Source: Haliotis rufescens (taxonomy: Eukaryota). From it: 64,000 nucleotides of DNA. Positions 60,919-64,000 of this stretch are shown here, piece after piece. The position numbers and the translations under genes were made by a program. Location of the stretch: the NCBI RefSeq assembly GCF_023055435.1, contig NW_025963824.1, positions 22,134,001 to 22,198,000 of the forward strand. Reading direction: 5' to 3'. The notes beneath the pieces were generated by a model. The model was not told the DNA's origin. It did not search any database and saw only the letters and a list, made by a program, of their open reading frames with translations. How positions within the stretch are numbered: the stretch's first letter is position 1; each line of letters opens with the position of its first letter.

Positions 60919-63232
60919 CTGAAAAACTAGTTATGAAAAGAACTGGGCCTCCCCAAATCTCACCAGTCAACAGGGACATGATATTGATAGGAGCATGATG
61001 AATGGCAGTAACCCTGTTGATGGACTACAGCATACATCATCACATGTGAGTGTAGACTATCAACTGGGTCACTGATTCCAAATTATAGCCAGGCCTCTGC
61101 TATTTCTACAGCTAGTACTGACCATGGTTATGTCGATCTCTGGTGAAACCTAGATGTTCTGTTGGGCTAGGTAATGGCTATACCATGTATACCATGTCAT
61201 ACTAGGTCGAGTTCCACACTGCAGTCTTAGTGCTGTGATTGTCATACCATGATACATCTATGTTAAAGTATGGGAGTTATGGTCGCTTTGTGTAACAGAG
61301 TTCTGGTATAGAGCACATATAAAAGATTCCAATATGTGTGTTGTAAGACGACAAGTGGTAACAGTGAGGATGGTACATCTTCCCGAGGCAAGAGAGTTAA
61401 CTGACCATTAAGTCCAGTTTCCACCCTTGCCGAACTAGGCTGGGATTATGGAATTATAGTTATGGTATGGCAACATGAAAACCCAACCAACTGTCACCAA
61501 GGTGACACATACTTAAGATGTAGAAATGTATCTTCTAAAGCAAAAGTTAAATAATATTACCATGCAATCACTGAATAAGTAAAAATGTATAGAAACATTT
61601 CTTGGAAGGTTACGTATGCGTGCCAGGAAACCGAGAACATGATAATTTTGTGTATTATCTGGTAAAAACCTGGATTTTATATCTGTTCTATGAACGTCAA
61701 GACAGTCTTATCAATGGAAGAGTTATCTTTCCTTGCCCGAGCCATGTAAACTATGCTGTGAGTATCCACGCTTGCCTGCTGAGGGCCACCCAGTAACCTG
61801 GGAAATCATAACAACAAGCTACAAGTCAACTAGTGTGTGCACATGGTACAGGTAATACACATGATAAACAAAGAGTCTAGAAATAACACTGTCCTACAAC
61901 TGGACATCAACAAAAGTGATAGAAATTTGCACAACCTGAGACAATTTTTGTTAACATTTATACTGGTATTCTTTGGGCTGTAGAATTTTGAATATTTAGG
62001 GCATGTCAGGGGCTGTTTCCATATGTTGCCACTATTCAGGTTAGTAGACTTCCAGCATGTCCAGGGTAAATTTCCTTCCTTGTTAAAATACATAGATCAT
62101 TAACTCTCAAAACACACAATAAAATCAATATCTCTCTGTGTCATTGTTTACCTGGAGAATTCGCTGAATAATGTTGCCCCCTGATGAGTAAGTGTGTCCA
62201 CCAAGTCTTATAGAACAGCAGCACAGACACTGGCTTATTACTGGGTTTGTTGGAATGATGACACAATTTTATATGACAGAGTACTGCCATGAGGTGAAGC
62301 ACAGCTCATAAAGAAACTAGTAATGACTGTCACTGTCAGCAGAGGACTCAAGGGTAAAGACGGTGTCATTGTGCACTGAGGCGGAACTGGAACCACACTA
62401 TCGACTGTTAACATTGAAAGTAATGCTGATAGAAATAGATTGAATAGAAATAATCATATACTTGAATTGGCATACCCTTGCTTGTTACGACACAACATGT
62501 CAACTTCACAGCAAACAGCAGTGTAGCTTAAGGTGAAATATAGCCTGAATCTGTGCTTGAGTTGGCTTGACAAACATTTAAAATGAGAGACTATGCCCCA
62601 TGGCCTGGTGCGAATTTACAGTTTCAGACTAGATATTGTTATAAATGTGTGAAATTGACCCATTTTCTCAGTGTAATTATTTTAATCACTCAGAATTGAT
62701 CTCCAACATGCACAAAATCTATGTTTGCAAACAAAATGCCATTGGAAGAAATTGAACCAAACTTGCTAGCACTGAGCCTAGTGCCCCTTTAACCCAAAAA
62801 TTCTACTTTGTCTACAGGGTTCACTAGCACTTTGTCTACAGGGTTCACTAACATCAATGAAGTTAAAATTCTTGCACTTTTCAGTTTTGCACATGTTGTA
62901 AGGACTTAAAGCTCATATTGTGGAATTGCTTTTATTAATCCAAATAACAAGTCAATCAACCATCTGGAAGTTCAGGTGAAACACTTCCAACTTGAATATA
63001 ATCAATTTAAGAATATTAGAGCTTAATTATTTCCTTAAACCAGTGACCTCATCCTAAACAATTTCCTTCCTGTAGCAGAAGAAAGAAACTTATATATATA
63101 TATATATCCTTTGTGATGTGCACCCATTTGCAGAGCGCACAACATGCATGGTTAAACATGGTATACAAGGAATTCTTATCCGAAACAAACTTACTGGGTG
63201 ACAGGGAACATACAGCCTACATTTATTGCTCT

Positions 63233-63470
63233 GGTTGTTTTTTGTTAAATGCCACACACAGCAATATTCCAGCTATATAATGGCAGTATGTAAATAATCA
63301 AGTCTGGACACGACAACCCAGTGATTGACATAATGAGCATGACTCTAAGCAATGATGACATGCATCAACTGAGTCAAGGAGCCTGAATTCCCCATCCTGT
63401 TAGTCGCCTTGTTGCCTTTTACAGCAATTATGGATTGCTGAAGACATATTCTAACCCAGGTCTTCATGGT
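63233..63470 (-). mobile_element. Family B, diverged copy
   Basis: Full-length match with CpG decay. Confidence 0.8.
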
Positions 63471-64000
63471 GCTCTATTGCCACTTGCAAAACCAAACCAA
63501 AGCCAATGATGGTACTCTCAATAACATCATCATGAGATTACTATATGAGACAAGAACCCAGTTGTAATGTTGCTCAATCTCTTAAGTGACAGGGAAGTAA
63601 AATGAACTTGATTTGAGCAAGTGAGTCAATGGTGGAAGATGCTGCAGTTCACTGAGTTAGTATGTCCCTTAGCATGTGTTGTCACACTAGATTCCATTCA
63701 TATCCCAGATTCGCCCTGATAATGATTCTTGCTTTATCAGCACCATACATGTCTGTGGGTTTCACTAGAGTGGGAAATGTCAAATCATGCGTCATGTAAT
63801 ATATTTCCAATCATAAAATCATGTATATCTTATACAATATCCCGGAAAAAACTAATATGCATGTAGGGCATTGTAGACCTACATAAATTGGGTTCTACTA
63901 CTATGATAAGTGAATATATCTTAATGTGTCAATTATTCCATGGCAAAGTGCATAACTATCCATATGGAATTCTCTCTTAAGTGCAAAATGTTTACTGAGG

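Overview
Eukaryotic (invertebrate animal) genomic DNA. The SINE repertoire suggests a mollusc, possibly a gastropod such as abalone (inference only). The only supported protein-coding gene is a complete tropomodulin on the minus strand: 9 coding exons from 41264 down to 24820, all GT-AG, phases consistent, 1062 nt = 353 aa plus stop. The region 41.3-64 kb is probably its long 5' intron, and 1-21 kb is CpG-rich intergenic DNA. The rest is repeats: at least four SINE-like families with microsatellite tails and TSDs, several MITEs, a decayed non-LTR retrotransposon fragment, and more than 12 unrelated minisatellite arrays (27-81 bp units). The most unusual aspect is how the intronic arrays relate to splice signals. 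Different arrays fill different introns and abut the exons. One appears to supply the branch point and forms a 1.5 kb AG-free zone. Another puts roughly 100 or more copies of ATACTTACC (the U1 snRNA 5' end) into the pre-mRNA. A MITE is also seen both as a monomer and as a ~39-copy satellite expansion. Nearly all long ORFs in the supplied track are repeat artefacts. Copy numbers are by-eye estimates.
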